Notes: generated from the sequence alone by a model not told the origin. A stretch of 64,000 nucleotides of DNA from an uncultured Alphaproteobacteria bacterium (GCA_963751145.1 CAVVTJ010000007.1:106136-170135); one strand, 5' to 3'; positions 8,227 to 18,004 are shown, numbered from the stretch's first letter. Program-made: numbers and translations.

Positions 8227-8735
8227 CAGTTGGTCATGCGGGCCAATTTTTCGGCAGCATCTAGCAGGAGCACCAGGAGGGCAGCAAAACCCAACGCAAT
8301 GGCAACTATCAGTGCCAACCGGACCAGCACAGTTTCAGAGGCGGTCCGGGCGAAGAAAAAGGTGGAGGGTTGCAACACGCCGTGGCTCTTTGTGAAACCG
8401 GGGTTCTCAAGATCTACGGCACCCTCCGGCGACGAGGGTTGGATCGCCTCTCCCTCAATCTGAAGCTGGATTGGCTTACCTGTAAGTGAATTACTGGTCG
8501 GCAGGGTGATCAGCAAGGTGTTCTGGTGGCGATACAACCTGGCAATTTGAGAACGCGGCAAGCCGCCCAGCCGTTGTCTGATCGTTTCGATTCGCTGGTT
8601 GACAGCGCTTTCAGAAATGTCGATTTTTCGGGCGATTTCCTTGCTTGTCAGCCCTTCAGCCACCATTCGCAGCACTTCGCGCTGCTTCGGAGTGAGGGCG
8701 TCGAGCCGAGCTGACTGGTCTGATATCGCGGCCAT
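8226..8735 (-). CDS. LuxR-type HTH regulator with C-terminal transmembrane helix (paralog 2)
   Basis: LTPKQREVLRMVAEGLTSKEIARKIDISESAVNQRIE HTH; C-terminal LALIVAIALGFAALLVLLL helix. Confidence 0.8.
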   Translation of the reverse strand: MAAISDQSARLDALTPKQREVLRMVAEGLTSKEIARKIDISESAVNQRIETIRQRLGGLPRSQIARLYRHQNTLLITLPTSNSLTGKPIQLQIEGEAIQPSSPEGAVDLENPGFTKSHGVLQPSTFFFARTASETVLVRLALIVAIALGFAALLVLLLDAAEKLARMTN

Positions 8736-8925
8736 TTCGATTCGGTGAGGTAGCGCGCAACAGGGCTGGTACCAAATACATTCGGTTCAACGCCGGCTCT
8801 GCCTCTCGGGCGTGGATCGTTCAGCCTGGGGCGCGATTGGCGAAGCAAGTGCCGCCTAACGCCTGTTTCGCATTGCTCAACGCTGTGCCATTATGGCTGC
8901 GGGGCACTATAGCGAGGGCACGGGA

Positions 8926-9558
8926 ATGGGATTAGCTAGCTGGTATGATGAACATGTGGTGCCGCGCGTGATCAAATGCGCCTGCTCCTCTCCTGCAATA
9001 GCCAAAGCGCGCGGCAAGGTTGTGCCGCTGGCCCGGGGCAAGGTGTTTGAAATCGGTTGCGGAGGCGGGCTCAACCAGCCGTTTTACGATGCCGCTGCAG
9101 TTGAAAGTTTCGCTGGCATGGATCCTTCGGCCAAGGGTCTCGAATTTGCCCGCACTGCTGCCGCACAAATCGGCTGGCCGGCCGATATCCGCGAGGGCGT
9201 GGGCGAGGCGATACCGTTTGAGACAGAGACATTCGATACGGTGGTCTGTACCTTTACGCTCTGTTCAGTGGCCGATCCCGCGCGGACGTTGAGCGAGCTG
9301 CGCCGGATACTCAAGCCTGGCGGACAACTGCTTTTTGCTGAGCATGGCCGCGCGCCCGATGCGGGAGTGCAGGCCTGGCAAGGCCGGATTGAACCAGTGT
9401 GGAAGCGGTTGGCGGGTGGGTGCCATCTGTCGCGGCCGGTGACCACTGCGATTGCGCAGGCCGGGTTCAAACTGGGCCAGACTGAGCAGCGTTATGCGCC
9501 CGGGATGCCGCGCTGGGCGGGATGGATGGAATGGGGCGCGGCGACCAAGGCCACCTAG
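8926..9558 (+). CDS. Class I SAM-dependent methyltransferase
   Basis: VFEIGCGGG motif I, FDTVVCTFTLCSV, LKPGGQLLFAEHG. Start moved to MGLAS. Confidence 0.9.
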   Translation: MGLASWYDEHVVPRVIKCACSSPAIAKARGKVVPLARGKVFEIGCGGGLNQPFYDAAAVESFAGMDPSAKGLEFARTAAAQIGWPADIREGVGEAIPFETETFDTVVCTFTLCSVADPARTLSELRRILKPGGQLLFAEHGRAPDAGVQAWQGRIEPVWKRLAGGCHLSRPVTTAIAQAGFKLGQTEQRYAPGMPRWAGWMEWGAATKAT

Positions 9559-9568
9559 GCAAGCAGGA

Positions 9569-10543
9569 TCAGAAGCCACGCACTTCGCCCACCTGCATGA
9601 TCCAGGCGTTGGCTTCGCCGTATTGCTGATCGCGTGCGGCGTTGCGGAACCGGTCTGGCGCTTCGAAGGGATTTTCGGGCGTGAGCATGATGCTGCCCCA
9701 ATGCATGCCCACTGCAGCACGCGCGCCGATATCGCGGGCGATGGTGATCGCTTCTTCTGGCGTGGCGTGACTGGGTTCCATGATTACGCGCGGCTCGTAT
9801 GCGCCGATGCCGATCAGCGCGAGATCGAACGGCCCGGCCCGCTCACCAATCTCGCGGAAGCAGGCACCGTAGCCGCTATCGCCCCCGAACCAGACTTTTC
9901 GGGCTGGCGAGGTGAGCGCCATGCTGGCCCATAGTGTGCGATTGCGATCAAAGGGGCCGCGTCCGGAGAAATGCACCGCGGGTAAGGCCGTGACGGCCAG
10001 ATCGCCGAAAGCGCGGCTTTCCCACCAGTCCAATTCGTAGATTTCGGCAAAGCCCAGACGGCGCAGCAGGGCACCGACGCCCAAGGGGCAGATCACCGGC
10101 GTTTCGCCGCGCCAGCGATAGGCCTTCAATGCCGCAGTATCGATGTGATCGTAATGGTTGTGGCTGATCACAATCAGATCGAGCTGGGGCAGGTCCTGCG
10201 CTTCGACCGCTGCGGGCAGGAAACGGCGCGGGCCAAGGCCAAATGGACCGGCGACTTTGGCAAGATAGGGATCGGTTAGCACCAGTTTGCCGCCCAGCCG
10301 CATGGCAAAACAGGCGTGGCCCAGCCAGGCAAGTTCGTTCTCGGCCAGCGCGGCGAGATCGGGCGGTGCGGCAGCTGTTAAGCCTTCGGGTAACGGCGGG
10401 AGCTTCGCGCGGCGCATATCCCAGAGCAGGAATTTGAGGAAATCACGCAACCGGGCCCGGTTTTGCGGGCTACCCGGCGGGTTGCGATAGCCGCCACCGC
10501 TGCGGTGATGATAGGGGCGTTCAGGGGTTTGCGGATCGAGCAT
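9569..10543 (-). CDS. MBL-fold metallo-hydrolase (NAPE-PLD/RomA-like)
   Basis: WLGHA, SHNHYDH metal motif, AVHFSGRG, FGGDSGY, IGAYEPR, MHWG. Confidence 0.9.
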   Translation of the reverse strand: MLDPQTPERPYHHRSGGGYRNPPGSPQNRARLRDFLKFLLWDMRRAKLPPLPEGLTAAAPPDLAALAENELAWLGHACFAMRLGGKLVLTDPYLAKVAGPFGLGPRRFLPAAVEAQDLPQLDLIVISHNHYDHIDTAALKAYRWRGETPVICPLGVGALLRRLGFAEIYELDWWESRAFGDLAVTALPAVHFSGRGPFDRNRTLWASMALTSPARKVWFGGDSGYGACFREIGERAGPFDLALIGIGAYEPRVIMEPSHATPEEAITIARDIGARAAVGMHWGSIMLTPENPFEAPDRFRNAARDQQYGEANAWIMQVGEVRGF

Positions 10544-10605
10544 CGGGCCAATCTTGGGTTAGAGGGCGCTTGCAGCAAGGCGCAGGACACTAAAGCTGAA
10601 ACGAA

Positions 10606-10647
10606 GGCGGGGCGATCTTCGCTCGTTAAAGAGAAGATCGCCCCGCC
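10606..10647 (-). terminator. Terminator hairpin downstream of rne
   Basis: Perfect 15-bp inverted repeat GGCGGGGCGATCTTC / GAAGATCGCCCCGCC with a 12-nt loop; TTCGTTT follows on the minus strand. Confidence 0.75.
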
Positions 10648-10667
10648 AGTGTGCAGTGATTTGCGGG

Positions 10668-13373
10668 TTATTCGCCGAAAGTGCGCTGCCACCAGCCGCG
10701 ACGCGGCTGACCCGAACTCTCTTCGTTGGTGCCGGCTTCAGCATCGACCGCTTCAGCGGTGACCGGTTCATTGGCCGGTTCGGCTGCCTTCTTGCGGCTG
10801 CGCTTGGGCTTGGCGGGGGCTTCTTCGGATACCGGTGCTTCGGTAGCTACAGGTGCTGCTTCGACTTCGGCTACGGCTTCAACCTCAGCATCGGCCTTCT
10901 TCTTGCGCACCCGCTTGGGCTTGGCTGGGGCTTCATCGGCCACGACTTCCGGTGCAGGCGCTGCTTCGGGTTCAGCCGGAGCATCCGCCTCGGCTTCAGC
11001 TTCGACATCGACCTTCTTGCGGCGGCTGCGCTTGGGCTTGGTCGGAGCTTCAACGGCAACCTCAACTTCAGCAGGAGCGGCTTCGTCGCCCTGGCTTTCG
11101 CCGTCGGCAGCTTCGCCAGCTTCAGCGTCTTCCGAGGACTGGCCTTCGCCGTCACCGCGGCCCTTGCCGCCGCGCCGCCGCCGGCCGCGCCGCCGCCGCT
11201 TGCGCGGTGCTTCGCCATCTTCGGCCCGCTCGGCTGCGGTGCGATCGTCGTCTTCCTCGCCTTCGCCTTCGCCGTCGTCTTCACCGGCGTCTGCGGTTTC
11301 ATCGTCGTTTTCGGCGCGCGGCGTTTCGTCACGATCACGATCGCGGCCACCACGCCGGCGGCGCTTGCGGCGGGGCTTGCCGCGTTCTTCTTCGCTTTCC
11401 TCGCTCGAACGCTCTTCGCTTTCGAGCTCTTCCTCATCCTCGATCAGATCATCGTCCTCTTCCTCAAGCGCGAGCGGCTCAAACCGGGGGACGAATTCTG
11501 GGCGGGGACCCGATGAACCGACGCGCATCTTGGCGCCTTCGTTCTCACCTTCAGGGAGGACTTCAACGCGCACGCCATAGCGGTGTTCGATTTCGGCGAG
11601 ATCACCGCGCTTGGCATTGAGCAGGTAAACCGCCGCTTCGGTGCTGGCGAACAACGAGATGACCGAGCCGCGGCCCTTGGCGGCTTCCTCTTCGATCAGG
11701 CGCAAGGCGGAAAGCCCGGCGCTAGAGGCGGTGCGGACCAGGCCGGTGCCGTCGCAGTGCGGGCAGCCGCGGGTGGTCGCTTCGAGCACCCCGGTGCGCA
11801 GCCGCTGGCGGCTCATTTCCATCAGCCCGAACGAGCTGATCCGGCCAACCTGGATCCGGGCGCGATCGTTCTTCAACGCATCCTTCATCGCCTTTTCGAC
11901 TTTGCGGATGTTGGAATTGTATTCCATGTCGATGAAATCGATCACCACCAGCCCGGCCATATCGCGCAGACGCAGCTGGCGGGCGATTTCGCGCGCAGCC
12001 TCAAGGTTGGTGTTGAGCGCGGTTGCCTCGATCCCATGTTCCTTGGTCGAACGGCCCGAGTTGATATCGATCGAAACCAGGGCTTCGGTCGGGTTGATGA
12101 CGATATAGCCGCCGCTTTTCAGCTGGACTTCGGGATCGTACATCGCGGTCAACTGATCTTCGGCGCCGTACCGCTGGAACAACGGCACCGGATCGGCATA
12201 TTGCTTCACCCGTTTGGCGTGGCTGGGCATCAGCAGCTTCATGAAGTCACGCGCGGCGCGGTAGCCGTGCTCGCCTTCAACCACCACATCCTCGATCTCG
12301 CGGTTGTAGATGTCGCGGATCGCTCTCTTGATCAGATCGCTGTCCGAATGGATCAGTGCTGGGGCGACGCTGCCCAAAGTCCGTTCGCGGATTTCGTCCC
12401 ACAGCCGCGCCAGGTAATCGAAGTCGCGCTTGATTTCGGTCTTCGTGCGCTGCAGCCCGGCAGTGCGGACGATGCAGCCCATACTTTTGGGCAGGTCCAT
12501 CTCGGCGATGATGGTCTTGAGGCGCTTGCGGTCGGCACCCGAGCTGATCTTGCGGCTGATGCCGCCGCCATGGCTGGAATTGGGCATCAGCACGCAATAG
12601 CGGCCAGCCAGGCTGAGGTATGTGGTCAGCGCTGCGCCCTTGTTGCCGCGTTCTTCCTTGACCACTTGCACCAGAAGTACCTGGCGCCGCTGGATCACGT
12701 CCTGGATCTTGTAACGGCGGCGCAGCGCCATGCGCTTGGCGCGCAGTTCGTCAGCTTCCTTGGCGTGGCCGCGATTACCCGAACCACCCTGACGGCGGCG
12801 GCCCCGACCGCGGCCGCGGCTATCGCCGTTTTCGCCGCCATCTTCGCCTTCGCCTGCTTCTTCGCTGTCATGATCGAAGGCGCCATCGACGTGGCCGTCT
12901 TCGATCGTGGCGACATCGTCCTTCTCGGACGTGTCAACTTCCATCACGCCGCCGAATTCATCGTCGTCGTGATGATCGTGGCTGGTGCCGGCCAAGTCAT
13001 CCGCCAGGCTTTCGCCCAGTTCATCGTCCCCGACGAAGTCTTCCTCACCCTCGGCAATGGCGCGCAGGGCGGCCTCTTCCTCAGCGTGAGCAGCCTCTTC
13101 GGCCAGCAAGGCCTCGCGGTCTTCCTTGGGGATCTGGTAGTAATCGGGGTGGATTTCGCTGAAGGCCAGAAAGCCGTGACGATTGCCGCCAAAATCGACG
13201 AATGCCGCTTGCAGCGATGGTTCTACCCGGGTGACCTTGGCAAGATAGATGTTGCCTTTGATCTGTTTGTGTTCGGCAGATTCGAAATCGAATTCGTCAA
13301 TCCGGTTGCCTTTTAGCACCGCCACCCGGGTTTCTTCCGGGTGGCGCGCATCGATAAGCATGCGCGTTGTCAT
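10668..13373 (-). CDS. rne: Ribonuclease E
   Basis: S1 domain GNIYLAKVTRVEPSLQAAFVDFG, DINSG and IDFIDM catalytic motifs, CPHC Zn-link, long charged disordered C-terminus. Confidence 0.97.
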   Translation of the reverse strand: MTTRMLIDARHPEETRVAVLKGNRIDEFDFESAEHKQIKGNIYLAKVTRVEPSLQAAFVDFGGNRHGFLAFSEIHPDYYQIPKEDREALLAEEAAHAEEEAALRAIAEGEEDFVGDDELGESLADDLAGTSHDHHDDDEFGGVMEVDTSEKDDVATIEDGHVDGAFDHDSEEAGEGEDGGENGDSRGRGRGRRRQGGSGNRGHAKEADELRAKRMALRRRYKIQDVIQRRQVLLVQVVKEERGNKGAALTTYLSLAGRYCVLMPNSSHGGGISRKISSGADRKRLKTIIAEMDLPKSMGCIVRTAGLQRTKTEIKRDFDYLARLWDEIRERTLGSVAPALIHSDSDLIKRAIRDIYNREIEDVVVEGEHGYRAARDFMKLLMPSHAKRVKQYADPVPLFQRYGAEDQLTAMYDPEVQLKSGGYIVINPTEALVSIDINSGRSTKEHGIEATALNTNLEAAREIARQLRLRDMAGLVVIDFIDMEYNSNIRKVEKAMKDALKNDRARIQVGRISSFGLMEMSRQRLRTGVLEATTRGCPHCDGTGLVRTASSAGLSALRLIEEEAAKGRGSVISLFASTEAAVYLLNAKRGDLAEIEHRYGVRVEVLPEGENEGAKMRVGSSGPRPEFVPRFEPLALEEEDDDLIEDEEELESEERSSEESEEERGKPRRKRRRRGGRDRDRDETPRAENDDETADAGEDDGEGEGEEDDDRTAAERAEDGEAPRKRRRRGRRRRGGKGRGDGEGQSSEDAEAGEAADGESQGDEAAPAEVEVAVEAPTKPKRSRRKKVDVEAEAEADAPAEPEAAPAPEVVADEAPAKPKRVRKKKADAEVEAVAEVEAAPVATEAPVSEEAPAKPKRSRKKAAEPANEPVTAEAVDAEAGTNEESSGQPRRGWWQRTFGE

Positions 13374-13816
13374 TATAAATTCTCCGTGCGCGCCGGGCGC
13401 AGTGCAATCCCTGTCGGGTGCGTGCGAATGAGGCGCGGCTATATGCGGTCAGTCCGCGTCCAGCAGGGTAAGATTCCAAGCCGAGCGCAGATTTATCGGT
13501 GATGCCGGGTCCAAAGCGGACACCGGCGGCGATGTGTGTGTCTGCAACAGTGAAAAGGCGCGGCAAACCCGAGCGCGCACGGCCCACCACTCCAAGCGTC
13601 GGCGCCGCAGGGGCTCCGGACGTCTGGGACAGTGCAAGGCTCTTCATTGATGCATCAACCTGTTTGATCCGGAACGAAAAACACCGGATTCTCCCCCGGA
13701 AACGGTCAAGCCGGTTCCGGTCGGGCACATGCCTAGCATCGCTTATCCGCCCCGGCAAGTTGCTTGCCGCAAGGCAGCGATTGCGCGGCGCGGCTTGGCG
13801 CATTAGGCAAGCAGCG

Positions 13817-14689
13817 ATGCGCCGTCTGTTTCTGATCCTTGCAATCCTGGTGATCCCGGTTGCGGTCTTCGCCGCGATGGTGCTGGCCGATCGCAATTTC
13901 GGCCGACCGGGGCGGGGTTATGATTATGTTGTCTCGGTCGATTTGCCCAAGGCGGATGCTGCGCGGCGTCTGCCCAGGATCGAAGGACCGCTTGATGCCA
14001 GCCGTCCGTTGGTGGTGATTGATGCTGGACATGGCGGCAAGGATCCCGGTGCCGGCACTGGCGAGCTGAAGGAAAAGACGCTCACCTTGATGCTGGCCGA
14101 GGCGCTGCGCGATGCCTTGCTCAAGCAGGGCGGAGTGCGCGTGGCCCTGACCCGTAGCGATGACACCTATCTGTTTTTGGGTGAACGCCCCTCGATCGCT
14201 CGGGCCTTGGGAGCCGATCTGTTCATTTCGATCCATGCCGATAGCACCGAAGCGGACAGCGGGGCGTTGGGCGCCACGGTCTACACGCTATCGGCAAAGG
14301 GCAGTAATGAGGCTGCGGAAACGATGGCAGCGCGCGAGAATGCGGCTGACCAGGTCTATGGAGTAACGATCGAGGGGCAGAACGGCGATGTCAGCGCGGT
14401 GCTGATAGATCTGGCCCAGCGCCAGACCCAGGCCCGATCGGAAACCTTTGCCGGGCTGATCCTGCGCGAAGGGCGCGGGGCAATGCCATTCAAGGGAGCC
14501 GAACCGCAATCGGCCGCCTTTGCCGTGCTGAAATCACCCGATGTTCCCTCAGTGCTGTTCGAAACTGGCTATATAAACAACAGTTCCGACGTGGCCCGGT
14601 TGATGTCGCCCGCCGGACGTTTGACTTTCGCGCAGACGATCGCGCGGGCGATCCGCGTGTTTTTCGCGCGGACCGCTACGGCACCGTGA
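13817..14689 (+). CDS. amiC: N-acetylmuramoyl-L-alanine amidase (Amidase_3), N-terminal membrane anchor
   Basis: VVIDAGHGGKDPG, ELKEK, FISIHAD and SVLFETGY motifs; divergent from rne as in other Alphaproteobacteria. Start moved to MRRLF. Confidence 0.92.
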   Translation: MRRLFLILAILVIPVAVFAAMVLADRNFGRPGRGYDYVVSVDLPKADAARRLPRIEGPLDASRPLVVIDAGHGGKDPGAGTGELKEKTLTLMLAEALRDALLKQGGVRVALTRSDDTYLFLGERPSIARALGADLFISIHADSTEADSGALGATVYTLSAKGSNEAAETMAARENAADQVYGVTIEGQNGDVSAVLIDLAQRQTQARSETFAGLILREGRGAMPFKGAEPQSAAFAVLKSPDVPSVLFETGYINNSSDVARLMSPAGRLTFAQTIARAIRVFFARTATAP

Positions 14690-14746
14690 ATTTACCCCGC
14701 TTGACGCTGGCATTCGCCAAGGTGCCCATGCTAGAGGCCGCGGACT

Positions 14747-17353
14747 ATGGCTGAAAGCGACGATCAGGAACCGTCTTCGGTACGCTTGCGAATTCGCCGC
14801 GAGGCGGGCGGTTTGTGGAGCAAAGCCAAGTCCCTGCTGGCGGGCACGTGGCAGCGGGCCAGCGAAAGCGGCTTTGGCGATTGGTACAAGGCGCGCTGGG
14901 CCGATAGCCGCAGGTTTCGCATCTTCAACTATCTGCTGGGCGCCTTCGTCGTCTTCAATCTGGTGTTCTGGGTAGCGGTGACGCGCAATCTGCCATCGGC
15001 AGAATCGCTGCTGACCTATCAGCCGCCGCTGCCCACAATGGTGCTCGGCATCAATGGCGAAATCGTCTATTCCTATGCCCGCGAACGGCGGGTTCAGCTG
15101 CGCTATGTCGATTTTCCCGAAAAGCTGAAAAACGCCTACCTTTCGGCTGAGGACAAGAATTTCTGGACCCACGGCGGGGTCGATTACATCGGCGTTGCCA
15201 GCGCGGTGATCGACAATATCACCAAGATCGGAACCGACGAGCGCGGGCGCGGGGGATCGACGATTACCCAGCAGGTGGCCAAGAACATCCTGGTCGGGAA
15301 CGAACGTTCGCTTGGTCGCAAGTTGCGGGAAATGGTCCTTGCCCGCCGGATCGAGGACGTGCTCACAAAGCAGCAGATTCTTGAACTATACCTCAACGAG
15401 ATTCCGTTGGGGCGACAGAGTTTTGGGGTTGAGGCTGCGGCCCAGGCCTATTTCGGCAAGAGCGTGGCGGATCTGACCCTTGCTGAAGACGCGTTCCTTG
15501 CGATCCTGCCCAAGGCTCCGGAAAAGTATGGCCGTTCCAATCACGCCGCCGAAGCGCTTGAGCGGCGGAATTGGGTGCTCGACCAAATGGTCAAGAACGG
15601 CGCGGTTCCGGCTGCGGAAGCCGCTGCGGCTAAGGCCCAACCCTTGGGGATCATTCCCCGCCGGGGCGACAATTGGGACCCGGCCAACGGCTATTTCGTC
15701 GAAGAGGTCCGCCGGCAACTGATCGAAAAGTATGGCGAGAATGCCGAAGCCGGTCCGAACAGCGTCTATGCTGGCGGACTTTGGGTGCGCACCTCGCTTG
15801 ATCCGCAGATGCAGAAGGCCTCGCAGGATGCCTTGCGTACGGGCCTCGTGAGGTTCGGCGGAGCAGGCAACGGCAAGGCGCTGGATCATGTCGATCTTGA
15901 TCCCGATGCCTGGCAGAGCCAGATTTCGCTGCTCAACAAATCGATCTCCTATTTGGATTGGCGGGTAGGTCTGGTGCTTGACCGTTCAGGCAGTGGTGCA
16001 ACGATCGGTTTTGCCGATGGCACCAAGGGCCCGCTAGGCGGCGCACCGGCTGCAATCAAACCAGGTGATGTCGTCGCAGCTGCGCCTTCGGGCACGCAGG
16101 CCTGGGCGTTTCGATCGGTCCCTGAAATAACCGGCGGGATGCTGCTGGAAGATGCGCACTCGGGCCGGATCATGGCAATCCAGGGCGGGTTCGACGCCGG
16201 GCTGGGCAGCTTCAACCGCGCCACTCAGGCGCAGCGTCAACCCGGATCGACGATCAAGCCCTTCGTCTATGGCACCGGGCTGGATTACGGGATGAGCCCG
16301 TCAAGCGAAGTGCTGGACGGCAAGTTCTGCGTTTATCAGGGCTCGTCGCTTGGCCAGAAATGCTTCCAGAACTTCGGCAATGCCGGCGGCGGCGGAGCGA
16401 CCCACACGATGCGCTGGGGGCTTGAGCAATCCCGCAACCTCATGACAGTTCGGATCGCCAACGACGCTGGGATGGACCACGTCGCGCAGACTTTTGAAAG
16501 GGTAGGGATTGGCAAATACCCGCCCTATCTGGCCTTTGCGCTGGGGGCAGGTGAAACCACCGTACAGCAGATGGTCAACGCCTATGCCGCATTGGCTAAC
16601 AATGGCATGCAATACCAGCCGACCGTGATCGACTATGTTCAGGACCGCAGCGGCAAGGTGATCTGGCGCGCTGATGCGCGCCGCTGCCAGAAGTGCAACA
16701 TGCCGGAATGGGATGGCAAACCGATGCCGCGGTTCGATTCGCGCGGCAAGCAAGTGATGGACCCGCGCACCGCGTTCCAGGTCGTCCACATGCTCGAAGG
16801 CGTGGTGACCCGCGGGACCGCCTATCTGCTGGGCGATATGGGCCTGCCGCTGTTTGGCAAGACTGGCACCACCACCGGGCCAACCAACGTCTGGTTCGTG
16901 GGCGGCAACCAGGACATCGTCGGCGGGGTCTATCTGGGCTATGACCAGCCGCGGCCTCTGGGCGGATGGGCCCAGGGCGGCACCATTGCCGCGCCGATCT
17001 TCAAGCAGCTGGTGCAGGCCACCAAGCCGCGCTGGAGCACGAAGCCGTTTGTTGCTCCAGCTGAAATCCACTGGGTCAAGGTCGATCGGATCAGCGGCAA
17101 ACGCGTATTCAGCGGTGCGCCTGCTGATGGCAAGGATGCCAGCGTGATCTGGGAAGCCTTCAAGGCGGAAAGCGAAGCACGGCCCGGGATCGGCACCGAA
17201 GAGCTTGAAAAGCAGCGCGCCGCTTTGATCAACGCAGCCCGCAAGGGCGCTGGCAGACCCAAAGCGCCCACCGCGTCTACGTCGGCCGGCGATGCCAAGG
17301 AACCGGAAGCCGTGCCGACGATTTCTTCCGACGCAGCAGTAGGCAATCAATAA
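14747..17353 (+). CDS. mrcA: Penicillin-binding protein 1A (transglycosylase/transpeptidase)
   Basis: EDKNFWTHGGVD and GGSTITQQVAKN glycosyltransferase motifs; STIK, SRN and KTGT transpeptidase motifs. Confidence 0.95.
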   Translation: MAESDDQEPSSVRLRIRREAGGLWSKAKSLLAGTWQRASESGFGDWYKARWADSRRFRIFNYLLGAFVVFNLVFWVAVTRNLPSAESLLTYQPPLPTMVLGINGEIVYSYARERRVQLRYVDFPEKLKNAYLSAEDKNFWTHGGVDYIGVASAVIDNITKIGTDERGRGGSTITQQVAKNILVGNERSLGRKLREMVLARRIEDVLTKQQILELYLNEIPLGRQSFGVEAAAQAYFGKSVADLTLAEDAFLAILPKAPEKYGRSNHAAEALERRNWVLDQMVKNGAVPAAEAAAAKAQPLGIIPRRGDNWDPANGYFVEEVRRQLIEKYGENAEAGPNSVYAGGLWVRTSLDPQMQKASQDALRTGLVRFGGAGNGKALDHVDLDPDAWQSQISLLNKSISYLDWRVGLVLDRSGSGATIGFADGTKGPLGGAPAAIKPGDVVAAAPSGTQAWAFRSVPEITGGMLLEDAHSGRIMAIQGGFDAGLGSFNRATQAQRQPGSTIKPFVYGTGLDYGMSPSSEVLDGKFCVYQGSSLGQKCFQNFGNAGGGGATHTMRWGLEQSRNLMTVRIANDAGMDHVAQTFERVGIGKYPPYLAFALGAGETTVQQMVNAYAALANNGMQYQPTVIDYVQDRSGKVIWRADARRCQKCNMPEWDGKPMPRFDSRGKQVMDPRTAFQVVHMLEGVVTRGTAYLLGDMGLPLFGKTGTTTGPTNVWFVGGNQDIVGGVYLGYDQPRPLGGWAQGGTIAAPIFKQLVQATKPRWSTKPFVAPAEIHWVKVDRISGKRVFSGAPADGKDASVIWEAFKAESEARPGIGTEELEKQRAALINAARKGAGRPKAPTASTSAGDAKEPEAVPTISSDAAVGNQ

Positions 17354-17385
17354 TCGGGGCCGGGGGGCACCAAGGAGAAATCAAG

Positions 17386-17937
17386 ATGAAGCGCGTAATT
17401 ATTGGTCTGAGCGTGGCTTTGGCAGCAGCGGCAATCCCCGCAGCCGCTCCTGCCGATTTGCCGACCGGCGCAGGCGCCCCACAGTTCACCACGCAAGGCG
17501 CACTGGGCGGCAAGGTATTCAACTTCAACTTGGCCAGATCGCTGCGCAAAGGCCCGGTCGTGCTCTACTTTTATCCCAAGAGCTTTACCGAGGGCTGCTC
17601 GCTTGAGGCGCGCGCCTTTGCCCAGGCATCGCAAGACTTCAAAGCTGCCGGGGCTACCCTGATCGGGTTGTCCGCCGATACCATCCAGGTACAGCAGGAC
17701 TTCAGCCGCAAGGAATGCGGTAGCAAGTTCCCGGTCGGAGTGGCAACGCCAGCCATAATCGGATCCTACGACGTCCATCTCAAGAAGCCCGATGGCACCC
17801 AGACCGGTCTGTCCAGCCGGACCAGCTATGTCATCGCCCGCAATGGCAAGGTAGTAATGGCCTTTACCGACATGAACCCCAACCAGCATGTCGCGCGTAC
17901 CTTGGCGGCTGTCCGGGCTTTGCGCGCCAAACGTTGA
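17386..17937 (+). CDS. Peroxiredoxin (BCP/PrxQ-like) with N-terminal signal peptide
   Basis: FYPKSFTEGC (PxxxTxxC) peroxidatic motif; MKRVIIGLSVALAAAAIPAAA signal. Confidence 0.88.
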   Translation: MKRVIIGLSVALAAAAIPAAAPADLPTGAGAPQFTTQGALGGKVFNFNLARSLRKGPVVLYFYPKSFTEGCSLEARAFAQASQDFKAAGATLIGLSADTIQVQQDFSRKECGSKFPVGVATPAIIGSYDVHLKKPDGTQTGLSSRTSYVIARNGKVVMAFTDMNPNQHVARTLAAVRALRAKR

Positions 17938-18004
17938 GCGCACGCCCTTTACATTGCAGGCAATCCGGCTAACGGGCCCCTTCTTGATTTCAGGAGTGTG
18001 ATCC

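Noticed and set aside
10656-13316. Long plus-strand ORFs (286, 284, 255 and 577 aa) opposite rne
   Set aside because: Antisense shadows of a high-GC, low-complexity gene; their composition mirrors RNase E codons.
13647-13658. TTGATGCATCAA as an FNR/FixK box
   Set aside because: The spacer is 2 nt, not the required TTGAT-N4-ATCAA.
13499-13816. Extended N-termini given by the ORF track (amiC here; also zapE, paaI, amt, thiolase, nuoB, nuoG, birA, comEC)
   Set aside because: Downstream starts with an RBS or stop/start overlap fit the family N-termini better; the extensions overlap neighbouring genes or promoters.
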